A DNA stretch of 64,000 nt from an uncultured Solirubrobacterales bacterium (GCA_963819755.1 CAWFXB010000002.1:1620112-1684111), one strand, 5' to 3'; counted from the first letter of the stretch, positions 35,489 to 43,758 are shown. Numbers and translations: made by a program. The notes: generated from the letters alone by a model not told the origin.

Positions 35489-38065
35489 ATGGCAGCGATA
35501 GCCAGCTGGTCGGTTCGTCGTGCGAAGCTGATCCTTGCGTTCTGCTTGTTCCTGGCGGTTGGAGCTGGGGTGGTTGCTACGCAGCTGCCTACCGATGCCG
35601 CCACTAACACGCTGGTCGATTCGGATACCGCGAGCTACCAGGCAACGCAGCAGGTCAAGCGGGACTTCGGCGAAGAACCGGTGGTCATCCTCGCCGAGGG
35701 GGACCTGCAGCGCCTTGTCTTGACCTCGAATCTCGGACGCTTGCTGCGGCTCGAGGGTTGTCTCTCGGGCAAGGTGCCGAAGGGAGCCGAACCGATCCCC
35801 GGGCCTTGCGCCGAACTCGCTGAACAGGACCCGGTGCGCTCGATCGCCGGTCCGGCCACCTTCCTCAACGAGGCGGTGATTCAGATCCAGCGGCAGCTGA
35901 ACCGGCTCGTCGCCACGGTTCCGCCCGCGCAGCTGCGCGAACTGCTGCTCGAAATAGCGGCGCGCTATGGGATCACCAGCGCGCCCAGCCTCTCCAACCC
36001 CAACTTCCTCGCCGCGATCGTCTTCGACCTGCACAAGTCCCGCGGGACCCCGAAGGCGCGCCTCTCCTACCTCTTCCCAAACAAGCACTCGGCTCAGATC
36101 ATCTTGCGCTTACGATCCGACCTCAGCGAAGCCGAGCGCCACCAAGCAATAGAAACGATCAAGGCGATCGTCCACGATCCCGTGGTCCGTCCGGAGTGCA
36201 AGTTCAAGGGCAAGCCGGAACGTTGCTTCGAGCTGCACGGCGGCAACTTCGTCATTTCCGGAGTACCGGTCGTAATCGACGGGGTGACGCGGGCGCTCAA
36301 GGATGCGCTGCTGGTGCTGCTCGGGGTGGCATTGGTCGTTATGGCCCTGACCCTGATGCTCGTCTTCCGCTCCCGCTGGCGGCTGCTGCCGCTCGGCATC
36401 GCGCTGGCGGCGGCAGCTCTCACGTTCGGCCTCTTCGGGCTCGTCGGCGGCTCGCTAACGATGGCTTCAATCGCCGCCCTTCCCATTTTGGTCGGTCTCG
36501 CAGTCGATTACGCGATCCAGCTACAAGCTCGTTACGACGAGGCGATTGCGATTGGTGCGAGCCCCGGGGCCGACGCCGCTCGCCTCGCCGCATCTGGCGG
36601 CGGCCCCACGATCGCTATTGCTTGCCTGGCGACTGGCGCGGGCTTCCTGGCTCTTCAGCTTTCACCGACGCCGATGGTGCGCAGCTTTGGGCTGCTCCTG
36701 ATCGTCGGTATCGCTATCGCCTTTGCGCTGGCGTTCATTGCGGGCTTTGCAGCGCTCAGCCTGCGTGGGGAGGCGGGAGCGCCGGGTCCCCCTCCGCGCG
36801 CTGGGTTTTTCGCCGGGCGGCTTGCGTCTCTCGCTGAGCGGGCGGGGCGAAAAACAGGACGCCGCGCGTCTCCGGGGGACCCGACACTCCCGCCTCTACT
36901 CCAGCGCGTTCTTGCAATGGCACAGGGGCACCCGATGCGGGTCCTTGGCATCGGACTTGCACTTGCAGTGATCGGTTGGGGCGTGGGGACCCAGATCGAA
37001 ACCCAGACCAATATCCAGGAGCTGGCGCCACAGAACGTGGAGGCCGTGCGCGAACTGAACGAGCTTCAAGACGCTACGGGGGTCTCCGGCGAGCTGGATG
37101 TGAGTGTCAAGGCCCCAGATCTCACGGATCCGGCGACGATTCAATGGATGGCCGCGTTCAAGCGCCGCGTTCTCAGGGCGGGCGGCTTTTCTGGCTCCAA
37201 TCCAAGCTGCCAGGAGGCGGAAGTTTGCCCGGGCCCCGCCCTATCCGACTTCGTGACGGGAGGCGGCCTTACTACCGGCACGGAGGGACCATTGACCCGA
37301 CGCAGCATCCGCGCGGCCTTGGGTCAGATCCCCGCCTATGACTTGCGGCAGGTGACTACGGTCGATCCGAAGACCGGGCTGCCCGCCGGGACCGCGCTGC
37401 TGGGGTTCGGCATCCGCGCCCAGTCATTAGACGACCAGCAGGCACTGATCGATCGGATCCGTGACGAGATCGGGACGCCCGGTGAGAAGGGTGGGCCGCC
37501 TGCCGGGGTGGAGGTTGAGCTTGCTGGGTTGCCGGTGATCGCCGCCTCGGCTGCCTCCGATTTGTCGAGCAGTCGTTACCTGTTGACGTTGGTTGGTCTG
37601 GTCGCTGTGGCGCTGGTGCTGCTTCTGGTCTACCGCTCCTTCTCTCGCGCCCTGGTGCCGTTGGTGCCTATCGTGCTGGCAACCGGTTGGTCGGCACTTG
37701 TTCTCTGGCTGACGCGCGTTCCGCTCAACCCGATGTCGGCTGCGCTCGGGGCTTTGACGATCGCTATCGCCACCGAGTTCAGCGTGATCCTTGCTGCTCG
37801 CTTCCGCCAGGAGCGTCGGGCTGGGCGTGAGCTTGGGGTGGCATTGCATCAGGCGTACTCACGTACCGGCGCGGCCGTGCTGGCGTCGGGGGTGACGGCG
37901 ATTGCCGGCTTCGCCGTGTTGATCGCCAGTGACGTCGGGATGCTGCGCCAGTTCGGCTTCGTCACCGTGATCGACCTCGCGGTCGCCCTGCTGGGCGTGA
38001 TCGTGGCGCTGCCCGCGGCGCTCGTCTGGACGGAGGGCTGGGGGAGGGGAGGGGCGGAAAGGTGA
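35489..38065 (+). CDS. MMPL/HAE3-type RND-superfamily membrane transporter
   Basis: The 858-aa product has two TM bundles with ...LPILVGLAVDYAIQLQARYDE... and ...IAIATEFSVILAARFRQER... plus two large extracytoplasmic domains. Confidence 0.85.
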   Translation: MAAIASWSVRRAKLILAFCLFLAVGAGVVATQLPTDAATNTLVDSDTASYQATQQVKRDFGEEPVVILAEGDLQRLVLTSNLGRLLRLEGCLSGKVPKGAEPIPGPCAELAEQDPVRSIAGPATFLNEAVIQIQRQLNRLVATVPPAQLRELLLEIAARYGITSAPSLSNPNFLAAIVFDLHKSRGTPKARLSYLFPNKHSAQIILRLRSDLSEAERHQAIETIKAIVHDPVVRPECKFKGKPERCFELHGGNFVISGVPVVIDGVTRALKDALLVLLGVALVVMALTLMLVFRSRWRLLPLGIALAAAALTFGLFGLVGGSLTMASIAALPILVGLAVDYAIQLQARYDEAIAIGASPGADAARLAASGGGPTIAIACLATGAGFLALQLSPTPMVRSFGLLLIVGIAIAFALAFIAGFAALSLRGEAGAPGPPPRAGFFAGRLASLAERAGRKTGRRASPGDPTLPPLLQRVLAMAQGHPMRVLGIGLALAVIGWGVGTQIETQTNIQELAPQNVEAVRELNELQDATGVSGELDVSVKAPDLTDPATIQWMAAFKRRVLRAGGFSGSNPSCQEAEVCPGPALSDFVTGGGLTTGTEGPLTRRSIRAALGQIPAYDLRQVTTVDPKTGLPAGTALLGFGIRAQSLDDQQALIDRIRDEIGTPGEKGGPPAGVEVELAGLPVIAASAASDLSSSRYLLTLVGLVAVALVLLLVYRSFSRALVPLVPIVLATGWSALVLWLTRVPLNPMSAALGALTIAIATEFSVILAARFRQERRAGRELGVALHQAYSRTGAAVLASGVTAIAGFAVLIASDVGMLRQFGFVTVIDLAVALLGVIVALPAALVWTEGWGRGGAER
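36782..36884. repeat. Repeat family B, copy 2 (in frame inside the MMPL CDS)
   Basis: It shares gctgggtttttcgcc (36800-36814) and ggggcgaaaaacaggacgccgc (36844-36865) with copy 1 at similar spacing (29 vs 32 nt). Its own outer stem is cgggtccccc / gggggacccg. Confidence 0.65.
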
Positions 38066-38718
38066 GGGACCGCTACTCGATCCTGGTCGGCCTCCTCTTC
38101 GTCGCGATCGTCGCGGTGGCGCTGATCCACGGGGTCCCTGGCGGCGGTGGCACGCTCGGGCTCGACAAGCAGCCGGCCCGCTGGGCGCTGCCCGAGTTCG
38201 CCGTCCCGGTGGCCGCCGGCAAGCTCGAAGGCGATGCCAACATCGCCCAGGACGACTGCTCGGCGGGGGAGCTGCCCTGTCCCCCGGACTCCCGCCGCTC
38301 ACCTGCCTGCCGGGTTCGCACGCCCGGGGCGATCCGTGTCTGCGACCTCTTTGACCGGCCCTCGGTGATCTCTTTCTGGTTCAGCAAGGGGGGCGACGAT
38401 TGCGTCGTCCAGCAGGACGTCGTCAGCCAGGTCTACTCGCGCTACCGTGGACGCGTGAACTTCCTCTCGCTGGACATTCGCGATGACCGTGAAACCGTCC
38501 GCGGGCTGATCCGCGGTCGCGGCTGGAAGATGCCTGTCGGCTACGACCGCGACGGGGCCGTCGGCGGCCTCTATCGCGTCGGTGGCTGCCCGACGTTCGC
38601 CTATGTCTATCCCGGCGGGACGCTGGAGAGCGCCAGCATCGGCAAGCTCGACGTGAGCGGGTTGAGCGAACGGATCGAGCGGCTGTTGAGTGCCAGCCGC
38701 ACCGCGGGGGCGAGCTGA
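38062..38718 (+). CDS. Membrane-anchored thioredoxin-fold (TlpA/redoxin-like) protein lacking the CxxC motif
   Basis: There is an N-terminal TM helix. A redoxin-like core reads PSVISFWFSKGGDDCVVQQ...VNFLSLDIRDD...GWKMPVGYDRDG...YRVGGCPTFAYV. It overlaps the MMPL stop as GTGA. Confidence 0.6.
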   Translation: MRDRYSILVGLLFVAIVAVALIHGVPGGGGTLGLDKQPARWALPEFAVPVAAGKLEGDANIAQDDCSAGELPCPPDSRRSPACRVRTPGAIRVCDLFDRPSVISFWFSKGGDDCVVQQDVVSQVYSRYRGRVNFLSLDIRDDRETVRGLIRGRGWKMPVGYDRDGAVGGLYRVGGCPTFAYVYPGGTLESASIGKLDVSGLSERIERLLSASRTAGAS

Positions 38719-38719
38719 A

Positions 38720-39391
38720 GTGGGTGCTGGGGCGGTTGGCTCGGACCTGGGCCGGGAGCCCGCGCCGGCCTTTGGCTGGGTGGCTCCCCACGTCGCCGCC
38801 GAGTTCCCCGGGCTGGGGATCTCCTGGATCGAGTTGGATGGCCGCCCCGGGCGCAGCCCCCGCCCGGTCGAGCGCCGCCTCAGCGAGACCTCGGACCGCT
38901 TCTACGGGGCGCACGCGATCCACCTGCGCGAACGGCCGATCCCCTGGGCCTACCGCGTCTTCTTCCGTCAGATAGGCCTCGACCCCGACCGCACCCGGAC
39001 TCCAGTTGAGCAACTCGCCATCGATCGCCTCCAGGACGGCGGCTTCAAAACCCACGGCCTGCCTGTCGACGCGCTGACCATCGCCACGGTGGAGACCGGG
39101 ATCGCGCTTCGTGCCTTCGACGCCGGGCAGCTCGAAGGGGCGCTCTGCATCCGCGACTCGGCGCCTGGGGAGTCACTGGAGGGCCGGCCGGGAGAGCTTT
39201 CGCACGGGACCCTGGTGATCGCCGACGAGCGTGGTCCGGCCGGGCTGCTCTTCGGAGCCACCGGCGAGGGTCGCGACGTCAGCCGCGCCACCCGTCGCAT
39301 AGCAATCGCCGCCATCCAGGTCGACGGCGTCCCACAGATCGCCGTAGACGAGGCCCTCTGGATGGTTGCCACAACGCTACGGGCGGCCTGA
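38720..39391 (+). CDS. B3/B4 tRNA-binding-domain-like protein
   Basis: The pattern ...YRVFFRQIGLDPDRTRTPVEQLAIDRL...LPVDALTIATVETGIALRAFD...LVIADERGPAGLLFG resembles the PheRS-beta B3/4 domain family. The GTG 38720 start was chosen to avoid overlap. Confidence 0.6.
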   Translation: MGAGAVGSDLGREPAPAFGWVAPHVAAEFPGLGISWIELDGRPGRSPRPVERRLSETSDRFYGAHAIHLRERPIPWAYRVFFRQIGLDPDRTRTPVEQLAIDRLQDGGFKTHGLPVDALTIATVETGIALRAFDAGQLEGALCIRDSAPGESLEGRPGELSHGTLVIADERGPAGLLFGATGEGRDVSRATRRIAIAAIQVDGVPQIAVDEALWMVATTLRAA

Positions 39392-39452
39392 CAGGCTCTT
39401 AACGCGACGATTGCTATCCGGTCGGCGCATTGATTTACACTCGTCTTGGGCT

Positions 39453-40142
39453 ATGCCGGATCTGCTCGACCGAGACAGACGCACTGCGCTTCGCATAGGC
39501 GGCGACGAGCGGCTCGCCAGGGTCGAGCTGCGGCGTCAGATCGGCCGTCTCGAGGCACAGCTCGGCTCACTCTTTGCCGATGCCTTCCCCCGTGTCGAGA
39601 TCGACGCCGGCATCGGTGCCCTCTCGAGCGAGCCGCGGACGCTGGGTCTCGGCGATCTCGAGGCCATCCGCGACTCGCTCGCGACCCGGATTGGCGCCGC
39701 GCGGCATCGGCTGCAGGATCGGGCCGAGCTCGAGACCCGCAACCGCGAGCTGCTGGAGCATATGCTGACCACGCCAGCCGAGCACAAGTGGCTGCGGATC
39801 TCACGCGCCGACGTCGGCGAGCCGGGTTGCGGCCACTGGCATTCCCGCCCGCGCCTCGGTCCGCTCGGCATGCTGATGGGCTGGTGGCGGGTCAAGGTCT
39901 CCTCCGGATGCCCGTTATCCGGGCGGCTTGCGGCCGTTGAGCGAGAAACCCAAGGGCAGCAAGCGAGCTCCACGCGCCGACGATCGTCCGCCGGCACCGT
40001 GGGGCTCGTTCCCCCTCGCCGAGCTGAGCGTGCTCGCCGGCATCATCGCCCTGGTGGCCGGGGTCGTGAGCAAGAGCCCGACGACGGTCGGCGCCGGCGT
40101 CGTCCTCGCCACCCTGGGCGGGCTCAAGGTCTCCGCCCGTGA
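39453..40142 (+). CDS. Hypothetical coiled-coil protein; 3' end doubtful
   Basis: The sequence is convincing from MPDLLDRDRR to ...LGMLMGWWRVKVSSGCPL (about 39920). The remaining ~72 codons are Arg-rich and overlap the next gene in another frame. Confidence 0.4.
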   Translation: MPDLLDRDRRTALRIGGDERLARVELRRQIGRLEAQLGSLFADAFPRVEIDAGIGALSSEPRTLGLGDLEAIRDSLATRIGAARHRLQDRAELETRNRELLEHMLTTPAEHKWLRISRADVGEPGCGHWHSRPRLGPLGMLMGWWRVKVSSGCPLSGRLAAVERETQGQQASSTRRRSSAGTVGLVPPRRAERARRHHRPGGRGREQEPDDGRRRRRPRHPGRAQGLRP

Positions 40143-40356
40143 GCACTTCGCCGGCTACCGCTCACACACGACCCTTCTGGCCGGCACCGTCTTCGTCATC
40201 GTCACCGGCGCCCTCTTCTACCTAGCCGGACTGGTCCTGGCCATCTGCCTAGCCAGCGGCGCCGCAGCCTTCGCCCTCTCCTTCTATTTCTTGCGCCGCG
40301 CCTTCCAAAAGGCCTCGGGCGGCCTCTCCTTCAAGGCCGGCGGCCTCAGGGGCTGA
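39928..40356 (+). CDS. Hypothetical membrane protein (3-4 TM helices)
   Basis: The TTG-initiated ORF has a basic N-terminus followed by LSVLAGIIALVAGVV, TLLAGTVFVIVTGALFYLAGLVLAICLASGAAAFALSFYFL. Confidence 0.5.
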   Translation: MRPLSEKPKGSKRAPRADDRPPAPWGSFPLAELSVLAGIIALVAGVVSKSPTTVGAGVVLATLGGLKVSAREHFAGYRSHTTLLAGTVFVIVTGALFYLAGLVLAICLASGAAAFALSFYFLRRAFQKASGGLSFKAGGLRG

Positions 40357-40366
40357 GCAGCCCTCG

Positions 40367-40744
40367 TCAGACGAGGACTGCTTCGCGCGAACGCGAACCG
40401 AGCGCGGAGGTCAGCAGCGCCCGCTGGCGCGGCGTAAGCGTCCCGATCCGCTTGTTCTCACTCAGCGCAACGGCCTGAAGAAGCTTGCGGGCACGAGTCC
40501 GGCCCCAGCGGCGCTGGCTGGTCAGCAGCTCGGCCAGGGTCATGCTCTCGGTCTCCCACGGGCAGTCCCGGATCACCTCGGCGACGTCCACCTCGCCCCG
40601 TCCGATCGATCGCTTCAGCTCCGCTCTGGCGAGCCGCACCCGGTTGGCGCGGGCCAAGGCCTGCATATGTTGCGGCGTCCGCACCGGGGTCGGGCTTGGC
40701 GAGGCAGGGGCGATCGAAACGGCTTCCACAGGGGCTCCTCCCAT
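40367..40744 (-). CDS. Actinobacterial integration-host-factor (mIHF)-like DNA-binding protein
   Basis: RVRLARAELKRSIGRGEVDVAEVI...MTLAELLTSQRRWGRTRARKLLQAVALSENKRIGTLTPRQRALL is collinear with the mIHF pattern as recalled from Mycobacterium mIHF. The start is uncertain, with an alternative at MQALARA. Confidence 0.55.
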   Translation of the reverse strand: MGGAPVEAVSIAPASPSPTPVRTPQHMQALARANRVRLARAELKRSIGRGEVDVAEVIRDCPWETESMTLAELLTSQRRWGRTRARKLLQAVALSENKRIGTLTPRQRALLTSALGSRSREAVLV

Positions 40745-40937
40745 AGGGGGTATTGACTGGTTTCATGCACCGGGCCGGCACTTCCTTGCCCGGTCGAGTT
40801 GAACTGACTGCGCCGCGTCCTCCTGACCCGGATGCGCGGCGAGGTCGCAAGCTACGCGCTGGAGGCGGCGAGCGTCAACCCGAACTCAGCGATGAGCCCC
40901 CGGCGCGGTCGCTAAGAGCATCTTTTTCTCGCTGCAT

Positions 40938-40965
40938 CCGCCTTGTCCAATTCTGGACAAGGCGG
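40938..40965 (-). terminator. Hairpin downstream of the alpha-oxoamine synthase gene
   Basis: The sequence ccgccttgtcca-attc-tggacaaggcgg forms a 12-bp stem 32 nt beyond the stop. There is no U-tract on the minus strand. Confidence 0.4.
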
Positions 40966-40996
40966 AAACTACCCCCACAGGGGGATGCATAGCCAC

Positions 40997-42253
40997 TCAC
41001 GTACGCGGAAGCTCAGGGAAGTCCTTGATGGTCCGGGCGATTGTCTCCAGGGCGCGGTCGAGGTGCTCGCGCTCGTGGGTCGCCATCAGGCTGGTGCGGA
41101 GCAGGGCGCCGCCCGGCGGAACAGCGGGATGGATCGCGACGTTGGTGTAGACGCCGGCGTCGAAGAGCGCCTTCCAGAGCAGCACCGCCTGCCAGTCGTC
41201 GCCGACCATTACCGGGACGACAGGCGTGGTGGCGGTCGAGCCATCGGGCAGCGTGCCCGGCTCGACCACCTTCAGGCCGAGGTCGCGCAGTCCCTCGCGC
41301 AGGTACTCGGCGTTGCCGAGCAGACGCTCGAACAGCTGCGGGCCCTCGGCGCGGATCACGCGCAGGGCCGCCAGTGCGGCCCCGACCGCCGCCGGTACCG
41401 CCGATGCGCTGAAGATGAAGGAGCGCGAGGAGATCCGCAGGTACTCGATCACGTCGGCGGGACCGGCGATGAAGCCGCCGCAGGAGGCGAGGCTCTTGGA
41501 GAAGGTCCCCATCCGCAGGTCGACCTCGTCCTCCAGCCCGAACAGCTCGCATGCGCCGGCGCCGCGCGCGCCGAGCACGCCGGCCCCGTGCGCCTCGTCG
41601 ACCATCAGCCGCGCCCCGTGCCCGCGGCAGAGCTCGACGATCCGCGGCAGGTCGCAGACGTCGCCCTCCATCGAGAAGACCCCGTCGACGACGACGAGCA
41701 CCCCGCCGCCGTCCTCGCCCGCCCGCTGCAGCATCTTCTCCAGCTTGTCCATGCGGTTGTGGCGGAAGGGACGCAGCTTCGCCCCGGAGAGCTTGCAGCC
41801 GTCGAGGATCGACGCATGGTCGCCGGAGTCGCAGACCACGGTGTCGCCCGGCCCGACGATGGCGCCCAGACAGCCGACGTTCGCCTGGTATCCGGTGGTG
41901 AATGCCAGCGCATCCTCGGTTCCCATCCAGGCGGTGATCTCACCCTCGAGCTCGACGTGGAGAGGCGTCGTGCCGTTCATGAAGCGCGAGCCGGTCAGCG
42001 CGGTTCCGTACTCGTCCAGCGCCTCCCGAGCGCCCCGCCTCACTCGCTCGTCGCCGGTCAGGCCGAGGTAGTTGTTGGAGCCGAGCATCACCACCTCGTG
42101 ACCCTCGACCTCCATGACCGGCCCGGCCTCGGACTCGATCAGGCGGAAGTAGGGAAGGAGATCGTGCTGCTTGGCTGCTTCGAGCTGCTCGAGCCGATCG
42201 TGGCTGCGGGCCTTCTCGAAGACGTCGACGGGGGCCTTCGCGGTTTCGCTCAT
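40997..42253 (-). CDS. PLP-dependent alpha-oxoamine synthase (serine-palmitoyltransferase/KBL/BioF family)
   Basis: The motifs LGSNNYLGL, GSRFMNGT, TGYQANVG, DSGDHASILDG, FRHN, DEAHGAGVLG and the GTFSKSL (PLP Lys) are present. The start is set at MSETAKAP. Confidence 0.9.
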   Translation of the reverse strand: MSETAKAPVDVFEKARSHDRLEQLEAAKQHDLLPYFRLIESEAGPVMEVEGHEVVMLGSNNYLGLTGDERVRRGAREALDEYGTALTGSRFMNGTTPLHVELEGEITAWMGTEDALAFTTGYQANVGCLGAIVGPGDTVVCDSGDHASILDGCKLSGAKLRPFRHNRMDKLEKMLQRAGEDGGGVLVVVDGVFSMEGDVCDLPRIVELCRGHGARLMVDEAHGAGVLGARGAGACELFGLEDEVDLRMGTFSKSLASCGGFIAGPADVIEYLRISSRSFIFSASAVPAAVGAALAALRVIRAEGPQLFERLLGNAEYLREGLRDLGLKVVEPGTLPDGSTATTPVVPVMVGDDWQAVLLWKALFDAGVYTNVAIHPAVPPGGALLRTSLMATHEREHLDRALETIARTIKDFPELPRT

Positions 42254-42277
42254 GCCCAGAGTGTAGGTTCCGCTTCC

Positions 42278-43438
42278 GTGGCAAGCGTCGAAATCCGCTC
42301 CGTTCAAAGCAAGCGCGACCTGAAGCGCTTCGTCAAGGTCCCCTTCCGGCTCCATCGCGATCACCCGCAGTGGGTGCCGCCGCTGATCTTCGAGCGGATG
42401 GAGTTCCTCAACCGCGGCAAGAACCCCTGGTTCGAGCACGGCGAGGCCGAGTACTTCATCGCCGAACGAGACGGCGAGCCGGTCGGGCGGATCACCGCCC
42501 AGATCGACGAGCTCTGGGACGAGGCCCACGGGGGCAGCGACGCGATGTTCGGCTTCTTCGAGACGGTCGAGGACCCCGCCGTCGCGGCGGCCCTGCTCGA
42601 CGCCGCGACCGAGTGGGCGGCTTCCCGCGGTCGCTCCCGCATCCTCGGCCCGATGGACTTCACCACCAACGACGAGGTCGGCATCCTGATCGAGGGCTAC
42701 GAGCTGCGCCCCTACATCCTCGAGAACTGGCACCCGCCCTTTTACAAGACGTTGCTCGAGGAGCACGGCTTCGGCAAGGCGATGGACCTGCTGATGTGGC
42801 AACTCGAGCTCGGCAAGCTCAAAGAGGGCGAGGAATTCGATCCCGCGATCCACGCCGCCGCGGAGAAGGCGCTGCGCGACGAAGGGGTGACGATCCGCAA
42901 CATCGACAAGGGCAATCTGGCCCACGAGATGCGCCTCTTCACCCCCGTCTACAACGACGCCTGGTCCGACAACTGGGGCTTCGTACCGGCGACCGATGCC
43001 GAGATCGAGTTCCACGCCAAGAACCTCAAGCAGGTGCTCGACGAGGACTGGGCCTACATCGCCGAAAAGGACGGCGAGGCGATCGGCGCCGCGCTCACCC
43101 TCCCCGACGTCAACCAGGTGATGGCGAAGCTCGGCGGGCGGCTGCTGCCCTTCGGTTGGCTGCGCTTCCTGCTCGGCAAGCGCAAGATCGACCGCCTGCG
43201 CGTCTTCGCGCTCGGCGTCAAGCGCGAGTACCACCACAGCGGCGTCGCCGCCGGCCTCTACCTCAAGCACCTCGAGACCGCCAACAAGCCGGGCACGATC
43301 GAAGGCGGCGAGATGGGTTGGATCCTCGAGACCAACGAGCCGATGAACCGGGCGATGAAGGGGATGGGCGGCGAGGTCGTCAAGAAGTACCGGATCTACG
43401 AGAAGGCGATTCAGTCGCCTGACTCCCAGGTCGGTTAA
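42278..43438 (+). CDS. GNAT-like acyltransferase-fold protein (about 386 aa), function unknown
   Basis: The real part of chimeric ORF 40943..43438 begins at GTG 42278. The motifs are EIRSVQSKRDLKRFVKVPF...GRITAQID...GWILETNEPMNRAMKGMGG. The family assignment is tentative. Confidence 0.65.
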   Translation: MASVEIRSVQSKRDLKRFVKVPFRLHRDHPQWVPPLIFERMEFLNRGKNPWFEHGEAEYFIAERDGEPVGRITAQIDELWDEAHGGSDAMFGFFETVEDPAVAAALLDAATEWAASRGRSRILGPMDFTTNDEVGILIEGYELRPYILENWHPPFYKTLLEEHGFGKAMDLLMWQLELGKLKEGEEFDPAIHAAAEKALRDEGVTIRNIDKGNLAHEMRLFTPVYNDAWSDNWGFVPATDAEIEFHAKNLKQVLDEDWAYIAEKDGEAIGAALTLPDVNQVMAKLGGRLLPFGWLRFLLGKRKIDRLRVFALGVKREYHHSGVAAGLYLKHLETANKPGTIEGGEMGWILETNEPMNRAMKGMGGEVVKKYRIYEKAIQSPDSQVG

Positions 43439-43497
43439 CGGCGCAGTTTCCGGCTTTATGGCTCGATCGAGCTGATCGGATCGTTAAGGTCGAGCCG

Positions 43498-43758
43498 GTG
43501 AGCGAGTTTGAGCTTGAGCCGGTTCGTGTTCGCGTGCTGCCGCACGAGACGCCCGGTGCGCTGGCCCTTAGCAGTGAGGCGCGTACGGCTGCGATTGCTG
43601 CTGTCGGTGGGGTTCTCGCCGGGGCCGCGACGGTTGCTGTGGTGCGGACGGTCGGTGCGGCGGCGAAGCAGGGCAGGCTGCTGCCGCGGCGTGGGAAGCA
43701 GCCCAAGGTCGTCGCCAGCCGGTCATTTCTCGTGGACGTTCACCTGCTCGGCAGGTGA
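43498..43758 (+). CDS. Small hypothetical membrane protein
   Basis: The 86-aa product has one hydrophobic segment, AAIAAVGGVLAGAATVAVV. Its stop overlaps the next gene's start as GTGA. Confidence 0.35.
   Translation: MSEFELEPVRVRVLPHETPGALALSSEARTAAIAAVGGVLAGAATVAVVRTVGAAAKQGRLLPRRGKQPKVVASRSFLVDVHLLGR

Noticed and set aside
40943-43438. An 831-aa plus ORF and a 757-aa minus ORF (40997..43270) that mutually overlap.
   Set aside because: Both are chimeras. Only the 3' 386 aa of the plus ORF (from GTG 42278) and the 3' 418 aa of the minus ORF (from ATG 42253) look like real proteins. The remainders are antisense read-through of each other.
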